This document shows, in pieces, positions 1 to 9,092 of a stretch of 32,000 nt of DNA; the first letter of the stretch is position 1; the number at the start of each line of letters is the position of its first letter. The notes beneath the pieces are model-generated. The model saw only the letters and a program-made list of their open reading frames with translations. It had not been told where the DNA came from and searched no databases. The position numbers were made by a program, and so were the translations under genes. This stretch comes from Nostoc punctiforme PCC 73102. Lineage in GTDB: Bacteria; Cyanobacteriota; Cyanobacteriia; Cyanobacteriales; Nostocaceae. The DNA lies in assembly GCF_000020025.1 (NCBI RefSeq), contig NC_010628.1, positions 6,660,001-6,692,000 of the forward strand, read 5' to 3'.

Positions 1-1064
1 TGATTAATTGGCCAATCTGTGGCAATGACTACGGCCAAGGATTAGGGCGGCTGATAGAGTCAGATGTGTCCAGAGGTGAATTCATCCAAGAATCTCGCTG
101 GCATAGCCAAAATTTTGCCCATTTTATTCAAAATCAGCTTGGTCGTCGCTATGGTTTAGCAGAAAAAGTATTTCCTCACGCCCCTACAGCTTTTGCACTG
201 CATCCCTATTATCGGGAAAGCCGCCGCTTATTAGGACTAACTACTGTCCGAGAACAGGATATTTTGCCGATTGCTGGGGGAAGAGTTGCATCTATATTTA
301 ATGATGCGTTCGTCCCTGGCGTTTGCGAAGCAATCGCAGTTGGTAACTACGCCAATGACCATCATTATCCTGGTGTTCAATTTTCACTACAACCAAAATC
401 TATCCGTTGGGGCGGGCGTTGGACTGGAACACCCTTTACAATTCCCTACAGTTCCCTAATTCCAGCCACAACAGATGGTTTTTTAGTTTGTGAAAAGAAC
501 ATTTCTGTCTCTCACATTGCCAATGGCGCTACCAGATTACAACCTGTGGTTATGGGCATCGGTCAAGCAGCAGGTATGGCGGCGGCGATGTGTGTTGAGT
601 TAAACTGTCAGCCGAGGCATTTACCTGTTAGATCGCTGCAAACAGCTTTATTAGAGGATAATCGTTCAAAAACAGCAATTATTCCTTTCTTTAATCTTCC
701 ACCCAATCGTTCGGATTGGCTGCACTGGCAACTGTATTACTTAAATAACCCACAAGCCTATCCAGATAGTGGTTATTGCCCTTGCCCATCGGAGAATGAG
801 TACCGTGACTCTGCTTTTGATAAGGCATTAATTCGGGAAAGTAACTGTTTTCAAGGCATTTTCTCCCGCTTGGAACAGCAGGAATACAGATTTGCTGTCA
901 CAGCGCCAACCGCATATCAAGGGCAAAATTGGCAGCTTGTGACTTTGCGATCGCATATCGACGAGCAATTACGCACTTACCCCCACGAACAATTAGTTAC
1001 ATTGTGGGGTCGTCAGAACCACTTTGGTAATTGGTTATTAGTCGAACATTTAAACGGAGGATAA
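1..1064 (+). CDS. FAD-dependent oxidoreductase, C-terminal part (5' end lies outside the window)
   Basis: Frame 3 is open from base 3 (INWPICGNDYGQGL...) into the listed 66..1064 ORF, so the gene begins upstream of the window. The GIGQAAGMAAAMCVE-type segment is typical of the cyanobacterial FAD-dependent oxidoreductase family. Call is by motif recall only. Confidence 0.6.
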   Translation, partial: INWPICGNDYGQGLGRLIESDVSRGEFIQESRWHSQNFAHFIQNQLGRRYGLAEKVFPHAPTAFALHPYYRESRRLLGLTTVREQDILPIAGGRVASIFNDAFVPGVCEAIAVGNYANDHHYPGVQFSLQPKSIRWGGRWTGTPFTIPYSSLIPATTDGFLVCEKNISVSHIANGATRLQPVVMGIGQAAGMAAAMCVELNCQPRHLPVRSLQTALLEDNRSKTAIIPFFNLPPNRSDWLHWQLYYLNNPQAYPDSGYCPCPSENEYRDSAFDKALIRESNCFQGIFSRLEQQEYRFAVTAPTAYQGQNWQLVTLRSHIDEQLRTYPHEQLVTLWGRQNHFGNWLLVEHLNGG

Positions 1065-1171
1065 GAAGAGTTTATTTTCAGTAAAACAGAATACTTTTTG
1101 ATTAATTATCCGGATATTAATCAAAAAGCTAAGTATCAGTGAAGTGGAGAGTTCCAAAATAGACATTTGCT

Positions 1172-1399
1172 ATGCGTGCTGCCATTTCACTTTTAGTATC
1201 GAGTCTGGTGTTCGGCCCCTTAGCTTCTAACTGCCAAGCAATGGTCAATCACTTATCAACTGGGCTACTTTCCACGCCTACTTCGGAACAGTGGCTCTCG
1301 GCAGCATCTGAACAAAATCCAGATGATGCGCCACGTCATCGCGGTAGTGGGCGTAGGGAAGTGACACAAAAATTCGGAAATACCTATGTTGTGGTTTAA
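1172..1399 (+). CDS. small hypothetical protein with a signal-peptide-like N-terminus
   Basis: 75-aa ORF with ATG start and a hydrophobic N-terminus (MRAAISLLVSSLVFGPLASNCQA). No recognisable domain. Confidence 0.3.
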   Translation: MRAAISLLVSSLVFGPLASNCQAMVNHLSTGLLSTPTSEQWLSAASEQNPDDAPRHRGSGRREVTQKFGNTYVVV

Positions 1400-2080
1400 C
1401 TACTGTAGGATAATGCCTGTTTTTCAAAAAGAACCAAAGTTCCAGAAAACACGATGTTATGCCAACATATTTGACACAGCTTTTCTGACAGAGATATATA
1501 CAGTTGACACGCGAAAATCTTCAGCGATCGCTTAGTATTTCAACTGCAAGCTTTGTATATCATTCGTTGGTCTTTTAATCTGGCGATCAAAACGCAAATA
1601 AAATTAAGTGTCTTGATCAACAGCATTAACAACTCCCAAAAGCTACATAACTGTTGCTTATATTCGGTCGGAAGCTCTGCATCTCAATCCTTAACGGCTC
1701 TAGAAATAGATGTTATTTAGACTATCAGTTAATCTAAAGCACGTCTAATTCAAACATTTTGCTTGCTAAGGAAATAGTCTTAAGGCAACTTCATTCACTT
1801 TATTCCCCAATATCTTTTCTTCTCATACATTGAGTAGCTGGCTTCTATATGAGCAACTAATGGGTCTTCACTTCGACGCGTGTTTAGCGTCCTTTACCTA
1901 AGCATAAAATCCCTTTCGTTCCATTTGAGCCTATCTAGGACATGGATTCGCACAAGTAGTATAGATTGATTGCACTTGGCAACAAATATTACTATTTATG
2001 AGCTACTCTTGCACCCTGGTTCGTTCTCCTCGAAGAATTTGCTAGATAATCTCACTCATCTTAATTATTCTACACCCAAT

Positions 2081-2112
2081 GACAGATGCAAAATTTTGCA
2101 TCTGTCCTTTTT
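2081..2112 (+). terminator. rho-independent terminator (26-nt perfect palindrome plus T-run)
   Basis: gacagatgcaaaa/ttttgcatctgtc is followed by cttttt on the + strand. On the - strand the hairpin is not followed by a U-run. Confidence 0.55.
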
Positions 2113-2155
2113 AGGTAAAGTTTCCTTAAAGAAAAGGCAATGAAAAGGTATTGTT

Positions 2156-3214
2156 TCAAGCTGGCTTATGAGCAATGAAATACTTGCTCATAAAATGGTC
2201 TTGTATCTCAATATTCTCAAAGCCTACTCTCTGTAAACGCTCTACCAAGTTATCAGTGGTGTAATGCTTGTAATAGGGTTCATGGAAAGTTTCAGGAAAA
2301 GAGTCCATCATATATTCCAACTCAGGTGAATCACTCAACTGAATGGAGTCACAGATAATAAAGACTCCGCCTGGTTTTGTTACCCGGAAGCATTGCTCAA
2401 TAACTGTCTGACGTACAGATGCTGGTAACTCATGGAAGAGAAAAACAGAAGTTACAGCATGAAAATAATTATCTACATAAGGTAACTCTTCGGCATTGCC
2501 TTGCAAAAGTTGCGGTAGTTCTCCTGGGATTTGCGATAGTAGTTCATTTGCTTTCCGCAAATAAGCTGGTGACAAATCTGTGCCAAACAGAGATGCTTGA
2601 GGCAAGGCTGCCCGAATTAACTTTAAAGTCCGCCCAGTTCCACAAGCTACATCCAAAATACGGACTTGCTTTGGTGTAAACGAATCAAAAGCTTTCAGCC
2701 CTTGCTTGAGAGGAGCGAGAATTCGCCGCCGCATCGCATCAGCTGCCCCACCAAAAAGAATTTCTACTTGTAAGTCATATAAATTGGCTGACAAGTCACT
2801 TAAATAGCCATTGCTTTGGTGATGGAAGTTCTGCACGTAGTAGCTGGGATAACCATCTGTGTCAATTTCGGGCGAAAAATCTTGATAATTTTGTTGTTTA
2901 AGCCGCTCCCAGATTTGAGGAGAATCTAGCCACACTAGAGGATAGTAGGAAAAAAAGTCTTGCCAGGGGTTATCAAACAATAAACTTTCCGGGTAGACAC
3001 CTTTTTGGGCATCTTGCCAGTCTGTTTCGAGCAGCTGGTTCAATCTCTGTTGAAGCTTGACTAAAAGCTCATTTGGGATGGGTTTGGTCTTTTGTTGAAG
3101 TGTCGGATACACCAGGTTCCTCAACTGTGAACTTAATATCTTATGAGCCAGACCAAAGTAATTTTTACCCTGCTGAAAGGTCTGATAAGTCAGCTTAGTT
3201 AAACTCTCAGGCAT
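2156..3214 (-). CDS. class I SAM-dependent methyltransferase
   Basis: 352-aa ORF with SAM-binding motif I (ILDVACGTGRT) and the post-I/II pattern (LFGTDLSP ... FHAVTSVFLFHELP) typical of Methyltransf_11/25-type enzymes. Confidence 0.85.
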   Translation of the reverse strand: MPESLTKLTYQTFQQGKNYFGLAHKILSSQLRNLVYPTLQQKTKPIPNELLVKLQQRLNQLLETDWQDAQKGVYPESLLFDNPWQDFFSYYPLVWLDSPQIWERLKQQNYQDFSPEIDTDGYPSYYVQNFHHQSNGYLSDLSANLYDLQVEILFGGAADAMRRRILAPLKQGLKAFDSFTPKQVRILDVACGTGRTLKLIRAALPQASLFGTDLSPAYLRKANELLSQIPGELPQLLQGNAEELPYVDNYFHAVTSVFLFHELPASVRQTVIEQCFRVTKPGGVFIICDSIQLSDSPELEYMMDSFPETFHEPYYKHYTTDNLVERLQRVGFENIEIQDHFMSKYFIAHKPA

Positions 3215-3419
3215 AAAAATAGCTTAAGTTTTGATTACTTTTATGTAAATAATTGTAACGAAAAAATTACCTCCTGTTGGAAAAGTAAAAGCTCCCAGGC
3301 AAGACAAACTTGAAGCCAGATGATTTTAGCCATCAGAGATAGATTTAGGAAGATTTTTCCAGCTTTGGGGACAAATGGCTAATATTGTCAGCAAAGCAAA
3401 ACATAAATTTATGTAAAAA

Positions 3420-3433
3420 GTAGCTTATGTTAC
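3420..3433 (+). promoter_or_regulatory. NtcA-type box GTA-N8-TAC upstream of gifA
   Basis: GTAGCTTATGTTAC lies 72 nt upstream of the gifA ATG. The same 17-mer (GTAGCTTATGTTACAGA) recurs at 5384. Confidence 0.6.
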
Positions 3434-3504
3434 AGAATTTTTGTTATGTTAGTCTTGTAAGAAAACAAAAATTATATTTTCACAAAATAGAGAGGACTAT
3501 GGTT

Positions 3505-3705
3505 ATGTCTATCGCAGATAAATCTCGTGCATTAATGGTGCGTGAACATCAGCAAGTCAAGAATCGGCAACAATCAATGCTGATGCGGGCTGCACAAGAA
3601 CTTGGTCTTCCTGAAGAAGTATCTCACTACTGGAACCCAATTCAAGGAAAGGTAGATGCTAGTAGTCGGATGATTTATGGTCCCAGCCACGCTTCCATGA
3701 GCTAA
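3505..3705 (+). CDS. gifA: glutamine synthetase inactivating factor IF7
   Basis: 66-aa product MSIADKSRALMVREHQQVKNRQQSMLMRAA...GPSHASMS matches the IF7 pattern (RALM.R.HQ..KNRQQSML.RAA, C-terminal ..AS.S). It sits next to glnA in opposite orientation, as in Anabaena. The listed ORF start at 3427 is an upstream extension; ATGs at 3499 and 3505 are the plausible starts. Confidence 0.85.
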   Translation: MSIADKSRALMVREHQQVKNRQQSMLMRAAQELGLPEEVSHYWNPIQGKVDASSRMIYGPSHASMS

Positions 3706-3761
3706 GTTTCAAGAGTTTGAAGCTAGATTTTTTGAGTGAATATCTCAACTGGCAACTCTGG

Positions 3762-3792
3762 AAAAAAAAGCCACCCTGTACTCTAGGGTGGC
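3762..3792 (-). terminator. glnA rho-independent terminator, shared by the convergent gifA
   Basis: 8-bp GC-rich stem gccaccct/agggtggc (3770-3777 / 3785-3792) with a 7-nt loop. The A8 at 3762-3769 becomes a U8 tail on the glnA (-) transcript. It lies about 45 nt after the glnA stop and about 65 nt after the gifA stop. Confidence 0.8.
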
Positions 3793-3836
3793 AAAACTTA
3801 TTAATTTTAGTTAGATACGATTCTTAATTTAATTAA

Positions 3837-5258
3837 TTAAGCATCGTAGTAGAGGTAAAACTCATAGGGATGAGGACGTAGCTGTAACTGCTTGGCTTCG
3901 TTAAGCTTATAGTCAATCCAATTTTCGATAAAGTCTTCCGTGAAAACGCCTGATTCTGTCAAGAAACCGTGATCGTTTTCTAGTGCTTGCAATGCCAGTT
4001 CTAAAGAACTTGGAGTTGAGGGAACCTTTGCAAGCTCTTCTGGAGAGAGTTCATAGATATTCTTATCTAAGGGTTCACCAGGATGGATTTTGTTCTTGAT
4101 ACCATCGATACCAGCACAAAGCATTGCAGCAAATGCCAAGTAGGGGTTAGATGTAGCATCTGGACAACGGAATTCTAAACGCTTGGCTTTGGGGTTCTTA
4201 CCAGATAGAGGAATACGGATAGAAGCAGAACGGTTCCCTTCGGAGTAAGCCAAGTTAACAGGAGCTTCATAACCAGGTACTAGGCGCTTGTATGAGTTGG
4301 TGCTGGGGTTGGTAATTGCTAACAGCGCTGGTGCGTGTTTGAGAAGACCACCGATGTAGTACAATGCCATGTCGCTCAAACCGGCATACTTATCACCTGC
4401 AAACAGAGGTTGGCCGTCTTTCCAGATGGACTGGTGACAGTGCATTCCTGAACCGTTATCGCCAAAAATCGGTTTTGGCATGAAGGTAACGGTTTTGTTG
4501 TGTTTCTTGGCAACGTTCTTGATGACATATTTGTAAGTCATCAACCAGTCAGCCGCTTCGATCAACTTACCAAAACGGAAACCTAGTTCGCACTGACCAC
4601 CAGTAGCAACTTCGTGGTGATGTTTTTCAATGGGTACACCTAATTCTGCCATTGTCAACAGCATCTCTGTACGAATATCTTGGAAAGAATCCGTCGGTGC
4701 GACTGGGAAGTAACCTTCTTTGAAGCGTGGTTTGTAACCCAAGTTGGGTTTTTCGGCTGTACCCTCTTTACCGGAATTCCAAGCACCTTCTTCGGAGTCT
4801 AAGAAGTAGTAGCCTTCGTTAGCGGTTTGGGCAAACCTAGCACTATCAAAGAGAAAGAACTCAGCTTCAGGGCCAAAGAAGACTGTATCACCGATGCCAC
4901 TGGCAACCAGGTAATCTACTGCTTTTTGGGCAATAACCCGTGGGCAACGGTTATAGGGTTCACCCGTCCGGGGGTCTTTAATACTACAAATTATACTTAG
5001 TGTTGGCACTTCCATGAATGGGTCGATCCAAGCAGTGTTGGGGTCGAGTACCATCGTCATGTCCGATTCGTTGATCGCTTTCCAACCCCGGATGCTGGAA
5101 CCGTCAAAAGGTACGCCATCAGTGAATGCAGTTTCATCGATTTGGTTTTGGTACAGTGTGAGGTGCTGCCAAGTCCCTACTGTATCGATGAATTTGAGAT
5201 CAATCAGCTGAATTTTTTCATCTTGAATTTTCTTCAAGAGTTCTTGTGGTGTAGTCAT
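3837..5258 (-). CDS. glnA: glutamine synthetase type I
   Basis: 473-aa ORF with canonical GSI signatures ([30 protein letters not shown]-like region, NPYL). Confidence 0.97.
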   Translation of the reverse strand: MTTPQELLKKIQDEKIQLIDLKFIDTVGTWQHLTLYQNQIDETAFTDGVPFDGSSIRGWKAINESDMTMVLDPNTAWIDPFMEVPTLSIICSIKDPRTGEPYNRCPRVIAQKAVDYLVASGIGDTVFFGPEAEFFLFDSARFAQTANEGYYFLDSEEGAWNSGKEGTAEKPNLGYKPRFKEGYFPVAPTDSFQDIRTEMLLTMAELGVPIEKHHHEVATGGQCELGFRFGKLIEAADWLMTYKYVIKNVAKKHNKTVTFMPKPIFGDNGSGMHCHQSIWKDGQPLFAGDKYAGLSDMALYYIGGLLKHAPALLAITNPSTNSYKRLVPGYEAPVNLAYSEGNRSASIRIPLSGKNPKAKRLEFRCPDATSNPYLAFAAMLCAGIDGIKNKIHPGEPLDKNIYELSPEELAKVPSTPSSLELALQALENDHGFLTESGVFTEDFIENWIDYKLNEAKQLQLRPHPYEFYLYYDA

Positions 5259-5383
5259 TGTTACTCCTTCTCTACCAATTTCCTAAAGTCAACCAGAATC
5301 TTACATTGCATCCTAACCCTGCTGATCTCAATCAGACCGTGACACACCAGAAATATCTTAAATAGTAGACATTAGCGGATTTT

Positions 5384-5397
5384 GTAGCTTATGTTAC
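5384..5397 (-). promoter_or_regulatory. NtcA box of the glnA promoter (reads GTAACATAAGCTAC on the glnA strand)
   Basis: GTA-N8-TAC lies about 126 nt upstream of the glnA ATG. A TACTAT (TAN3T-type -10) starts 17 nt downstream of the box on the glnA strand. Confidence 0.65.
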
Positions 5398-5615
5398 AGA
5401 TATCTGGATTATCAGGTTATATTAACCTTTCAGCGCTCATCTGTACAAAACTGGAAAGTTCATCATATAGGGGTCAACTTTGGCATAGAATCCTTAAATA
5501 GTGGATAGATTGTTTTTGTGCCGAATCTATTTTAAATAGCACAAAAATTTACTGGTGCGTGAGTGCAGCCAAATAAATATCAAACCATAAATAGCAAGGA
5601 TTGGGAGAAAAAAGA

Positions 5616-6125
5616 ATGCGCGATGCGGTAACAAGTTTAATTAAGAATTATGACTTAGCTGGTCGGTATTTTGACCGGAATGCGATCGATAGCCTAAAGT
5701 CTTACTTTGACAGTGGTACAGTTCGAGTACAAGCGGCGGCAGCGATAAATTCGAATGCAGCTGCACTTGTCAAGCAGGCGGGTTTGAAGTTATATGAAGA
5801 ACTGCCAGAATTGATTCGCCCCGGTGGAAATTCCTATACAACTCGTCGTTATGCGGCTTGTCTGCGTGATCTAGATTACTACTTGCGCTACGCTACCTAT
5901 GCGCTAGTTGCTGGGAACACAAATGTATTGGATGAACGAGTGCTACAAGGGCTACGGGAAACTTACAATTCTCTAGGCGTGCCTATTGGGCCTACGGTTC
6001 GCGGTATCCAAATTCTCAAGGATCTGATTAAGGAGCAAGTAGCAGCAGCAGGTGTGGTTAATACTGCTTTTGTGGATGAACCATTTGATCACATCACACG
6101 CGAGTTGAGCGAACAGGATATTTAG
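5616..6125 (+). CDS. apcF: allophycocyanin beta-18 subunit (core-membrane-proximal ApcF type)
   Basis: 169-aa product MRDAVTSLIKNYDLAGRYFDRNAIDSLKSYF...YTTRRYAACLRDLDYYLRYATYALVAG...LQGLRETYNSLGVPIGPTVRGIQ is a phycobiliprotein beta-type sequence of ApcF pattern. The ATG at 5616 is preferred over the listed TTG at 5601. Confidence 0.88.
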   Translation: MRDAVTSLIKNYDLAGRYFDRNAIDSLKSYFDSGTVRVQAAAAINSNAAALVKQAGLKLYEELPELIRPGGNSYTTRRYAACLRDLDYYLRYATYALVAGNTNVLDERVLQGLRETYNSLGVPIGPTVRGIQILKDLIKEQVAAAGVVNTAFVDEPFDHITRELSEQDI

Positions 6126-6196
6126 CATCTAGCCTTGGTGACTAAAAATCGCGGAACTATACAAACAAAGTTTGTGTAAGCATACTTTACAGACAT

Positions 6197-6234
6197 CGCA
6201 CTTTGGCTTGATTGGCAAGGTGCGTTTACTTTTC
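6197..6234 (+). terminator. candidate apcF terminator
   Basis: 9-bp stem cgcactttg/caaggtgcg (one G-U pair), 10-nt loop, followed by tttactttt. Confidence 0.45.
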
Positions 6235-6361
6235 TTAAAGCAAAAAACTATTTGTCGTCTCACAAATTAATTGCATTACAACGAAAGTAAGTACTGGAAA
6301 ATTTTTATACCTGCTCGTATGATATTTATTATTGATATAAATAATCTTTGGCAACAGTTAT

Positions 6362-6838
6362 ATGAGTATTAATGATCTAGAATTTCTGCACGGTGCAGCT
6401 TTTCTTCGACTACTGAAAGGAACATCTGATATCTCTATTAGTTATTTATCTTATATTCATTCATCTCTTTATACTATAAAAAGCTTAAATCAAGAATCAG
6501 CGATTCTATTTAAAATATCAAAAAAACCGACTTCTTCATGGTCATTTAGCTTCAGTTCACAGGAAGAAAATGCGCTGACAGCATTTCGTGAAAATTATCC
6601 TGATGTCAAACTTTTTATAGCATTGATTTGTCATCGGGATGGCGTTTGTTGCCTATCAGAAAAACAACTATGGACAATTATTGATCCTAGTGAGGGTTTA
6701 GCCAAGCAGCGTGTTTCTGTAAAAAGAGAAGTAAGAGGGAGTTATTATGTTAAAGGTACGGGGAGAGTTCCCTTAGAGCAGACAGTCCCTCAAAATAATT
6801 GGCCTGACGTAATTTTATCAACATCAAATAATTTATGA
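6362..6838 (+). CDS. hypothetical 158-aa protein, first gene of the Z1 cassette
   Basis: ATG-initiated ORF in an AT-rich, HIP1-free segment. Its stop overlaps the next start in ATGA (6835-6838). I see no recognisable motif. Confidence 0.6.
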   Translation: MSINDLEFLHGAAFLRLLKGTSDISISYLSYIHSSLYTIKSLNQESAILFKISKKPTSSWSFSFSSQEENALTAFRENYPDVKLFIALICHRDGVCCLSEKQLWTIIDPSEGLAKQRVSVKREVRGSYYVKGTGRVPLEQTVPQNNWPDVILSTSNNL

Positions 6839-9009
6839 TACCCACTCAGATTGAAACTAATGGCGGCTGTATTGATAAATTAATTAAGAGATTAGAGAAA
6901 CAAATTGGACAAAAAGAAGCGAATAAACTTAAAGAAACTGCTATTGAAATTGTCCAAAATTGTGTCAAAATTTACTCTGAAAATTTTGGTAATGGTGATG
7001 TAGGTGAAAATAGTACAGGTTTAGTGAGCCAACCTTATAAAGGACAAGACCCTATTCCTAATGGTACAACCGGACTTATTTATGGTCGTGTTCAAAGTGG
7101 TAAAACTAACACAACTATTGCAACTTTAGCACTGGCTCATGAAAATAATTTTTGTTGTTTTATTATTTTAACCTCCGATAATACATGGTTAGGAAAACAA
7201 ACGGCTAATCGTTTCAATAATCAAGTTCAAGGAGGCCCTGTTTTCTTTGATTGGGAAGCATGGAAAAAAGATCCCGATAGTTTTGCAGAGACTAAAATAG
7301 TACCCTATATCAAAGATACAGGTGTTGTATTAGTTTCTACAAAAAATGGTCATCACTTGGATAATTTATTGAAGGTTTTAAAAGCAGCAAAGGTTAGAGG
7401 TGTTCCTACTTTGATTTTTGATGATGAAGCGGATAACGCTAGTTTAAATACGAATGAATCTAAACAAGCTAAAAAAGGAAAAGATGCGATTGATGATAGT
7501 AAAATTTTTGAGACGATAGGTAAAATTCGTCAAGAGGTTGCTAATCATATTTATATTCAAATCACAGCAACTCCCCAAAGTCTTTTGTTACAAAGCCTTC
7601 CTCATTTTTGTAAGCCAAAATTTTGTGCAGCATTACCAGAGCCAGGAGATAGTTATATGGGAGGAGAGTTATTTTTCGCTGATAAAAGTAAATACTGTTG
7701 TATTGTAGATTCTGGAGAAATTAACCAATTAAAGAAACAAAAAGGTGCAATAAATCCGGGTAATAAATGGATAATTCCCGATGGATTAAGACTTGCACTT
7801 TGTTGTTTCTTCTTAGGTTCAATTTACAAAATGTTATCTTCTGGAAAAGAAGATGAGAAATATTCTTTTCTTGCTCATGTCTGTTATAAACAAGATATCC
7901 ATAGTGTATTAGAAAAGGTGATTAGCCAATTTGTAATTAATTTAGATCAAGCAATTCGAGAGAAGAGTTCAGATACAGAAAATAAACAAGCCCGAAAATG
8001 GTTAGAACAAGCTTATGACGAGCTAAAGAAAACTGCTGATAATTTACCTCCAATTACTGAACTGATAGATGAATTAAAAATTCAACTAAGACACGCAATC
8101 CCTAAAATAATTAATGCAAACAACCCCGAAAAAGAGCCTAATTATAATCCAGGTATGAATATCTTAATTGGGGGAAATAGATTAGGTAGAGGTGTGACGA
8201 TTAATGGTCTAATGGTAACTTATTATGGGCGTGATGCGAAACAAAAAGTAATGGATACGGTTCATCAACACGCTCGAATGTATGGTTATCGTCCACAATT
8301 AAAAGATGTGACTCGTCTCTTTCTACCAGAACATATACTAGACGCTTTTCGTTCTATTCACGAAGCAGATGAAGGGATGCGTCAAGCAATTGGAGATGAT
8401 ATTCATAATATTCAACTTCAGCCTGTTTGGATAGGAGGAAATCTCAAAGCAACTCACTCTAATGTTTTAGATCCTTCAGTCATTAATGTATTAGTACCAG
8501 GTTCATTAATTTATCCTCAAAATCCCGCTTATAAAAAAGAGGAAATTGAGCATAATTTTAAAGAAATAGAGGCACTTTTAATAAATTATCAAGATAATAA
8601 TTTATATGTTGAAGTAGATATAGACCTGATAATTAAAATTATCAGTTATACAAAAAGTTATTATATTCCCTCTGAAAAATGGGAAGATAAACGTATAATC
8701 AAAGGTCTAACAGATATGAAATCAAAGGGGATGATAAAGGGGCGTTTAAATGTTCGCAGAGGTGAGAGAAATAAAAATCAAGGATTAGATATGCCCAGAA
8801 AAGAGCCTTTTAAATGGATGTTTGGCTTTGGTTCAGGTAATTGGTACATAGAAGCTCAGAAGAAATATCCTGATGTACCAACTTTAATTATTTGCTATCA
8901 AAAAGGTGAAAAAATTACAGGATGGGATAGTCATCCTATATATCTACCTATGTTAGTTTTACCTAAACAAAAATTTGTTTTAATGTTTAATTATGATGAG
9001 GATGAATAG
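6835..9009 (+). CDS. SF2-like P-loop NTPase fused to a Z1-type domain (putative restriction/defence-associated protein)
   Basis: Walker A GRVQSGKT (7084-7107); DEAD-type Walker B IFDDEAD (7417-7434); ITATPQS (motif III-like). The segment ILIGGNRLGRGVTINGLMVTYYGRDAKQKVMDTVHQHARMYGYRP (about 8161-8295) matches my recollection of the Z1 domain core (GG..L.RG.T.EGL..sYf.R......DTL.Q..RwfGYR). The last ~190 aa have no recognisable motif. Confidence 0.7.
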   Translation: MIPTQIETNGGCIDKLIKRLEKQIGQKEANKLKETAIEIVQNCVKIYSENFGNGDVGENSTGLVSQPYKGQDPIPNGTTGLIYGRVQSGKTNTTIATLALAHENNFCCFIILTSDNTWLGKQTANRFNNQVQGGPVFFDWEAWKKDPDSFAETKIVPYIKDTGVVLVSTKNGHHLDNLLKVLKAAKVRGVPTLIFDDEADNASLNTNESKQAKKGKDAIDDSKIFETIGKIRQEVANHIYIQITATPQSLLLQSLPHFCKPKFCAALPEPGDSYMGGELFFADKSKYCCIVDSGEINQLKKQKGAINPGNKWIIPDGLRLALCCFFLGSIYKMLSSGKEDEKYSFLAHVCYKQDIHSVLEKVISQFVINLDQAIREKSSDTENKQARKWLEQAYDELKKTADNLPPITELIDELKIQLRHAIPKIINANNPEKEPNYNPGMNILIGGNRLGRGVTINGLMVTYYGRDAKQKVMDTVHQHARMYGYRPQLKDVTRLFLPEHILDAFRSIHEADEGMRQAIGDDIHNIQLQPVWIGGNLKATHSNVLDPSVINVLVPGSLIYPQNPAYKKEEIEHNFKEIEALLINYQDNNLYVEVDIDLIIKIISYTKSYYIPSEKWEDKRIIKGLTDMKSKGMIKGRLNVRRGERNKNQGLDMPRKEPFKWMFGFGSGNWYIEAQKKYPDVPTLIICYQKGEKITGWDSHPIYLPMLVLPKQKFVLMFNYDEDE

Positions 9010-9092
9010 GTGATATTTTGAATTAGCGATCGCACCTCTGTAAAAAAGTTTTGCTAGATTAAAGCTGTGTTTTTGGAGCTATCTTTCGACTA

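Noticed and set aside
2419-2679. 86-aa + strand ORF inside the methyltransferase gene
   Set aside because: It is antisense to a gene with clear SAM-binding motifs.
3427-3504. N-terminal 26-codon extension of gifA in the ORF track, and a possible glutamine riboswitch in the gifA leader
   Set aside because: The extension begins inside the NtcA box and promoter and is AT-rich, and IF7 proteins are ~65 aa. I looked for the GC-rich glnA-RNA/glutamine-riboswitch core in 3434-3504 and saw nothing resembling it.
5014-5342. ORFs 5014..5211 and 5142..5342 on the + strand
   Set aside because: They lie antisense within glnA or across its start, with no motifs. glnA is unambiguous, so these are treated as frame noise.
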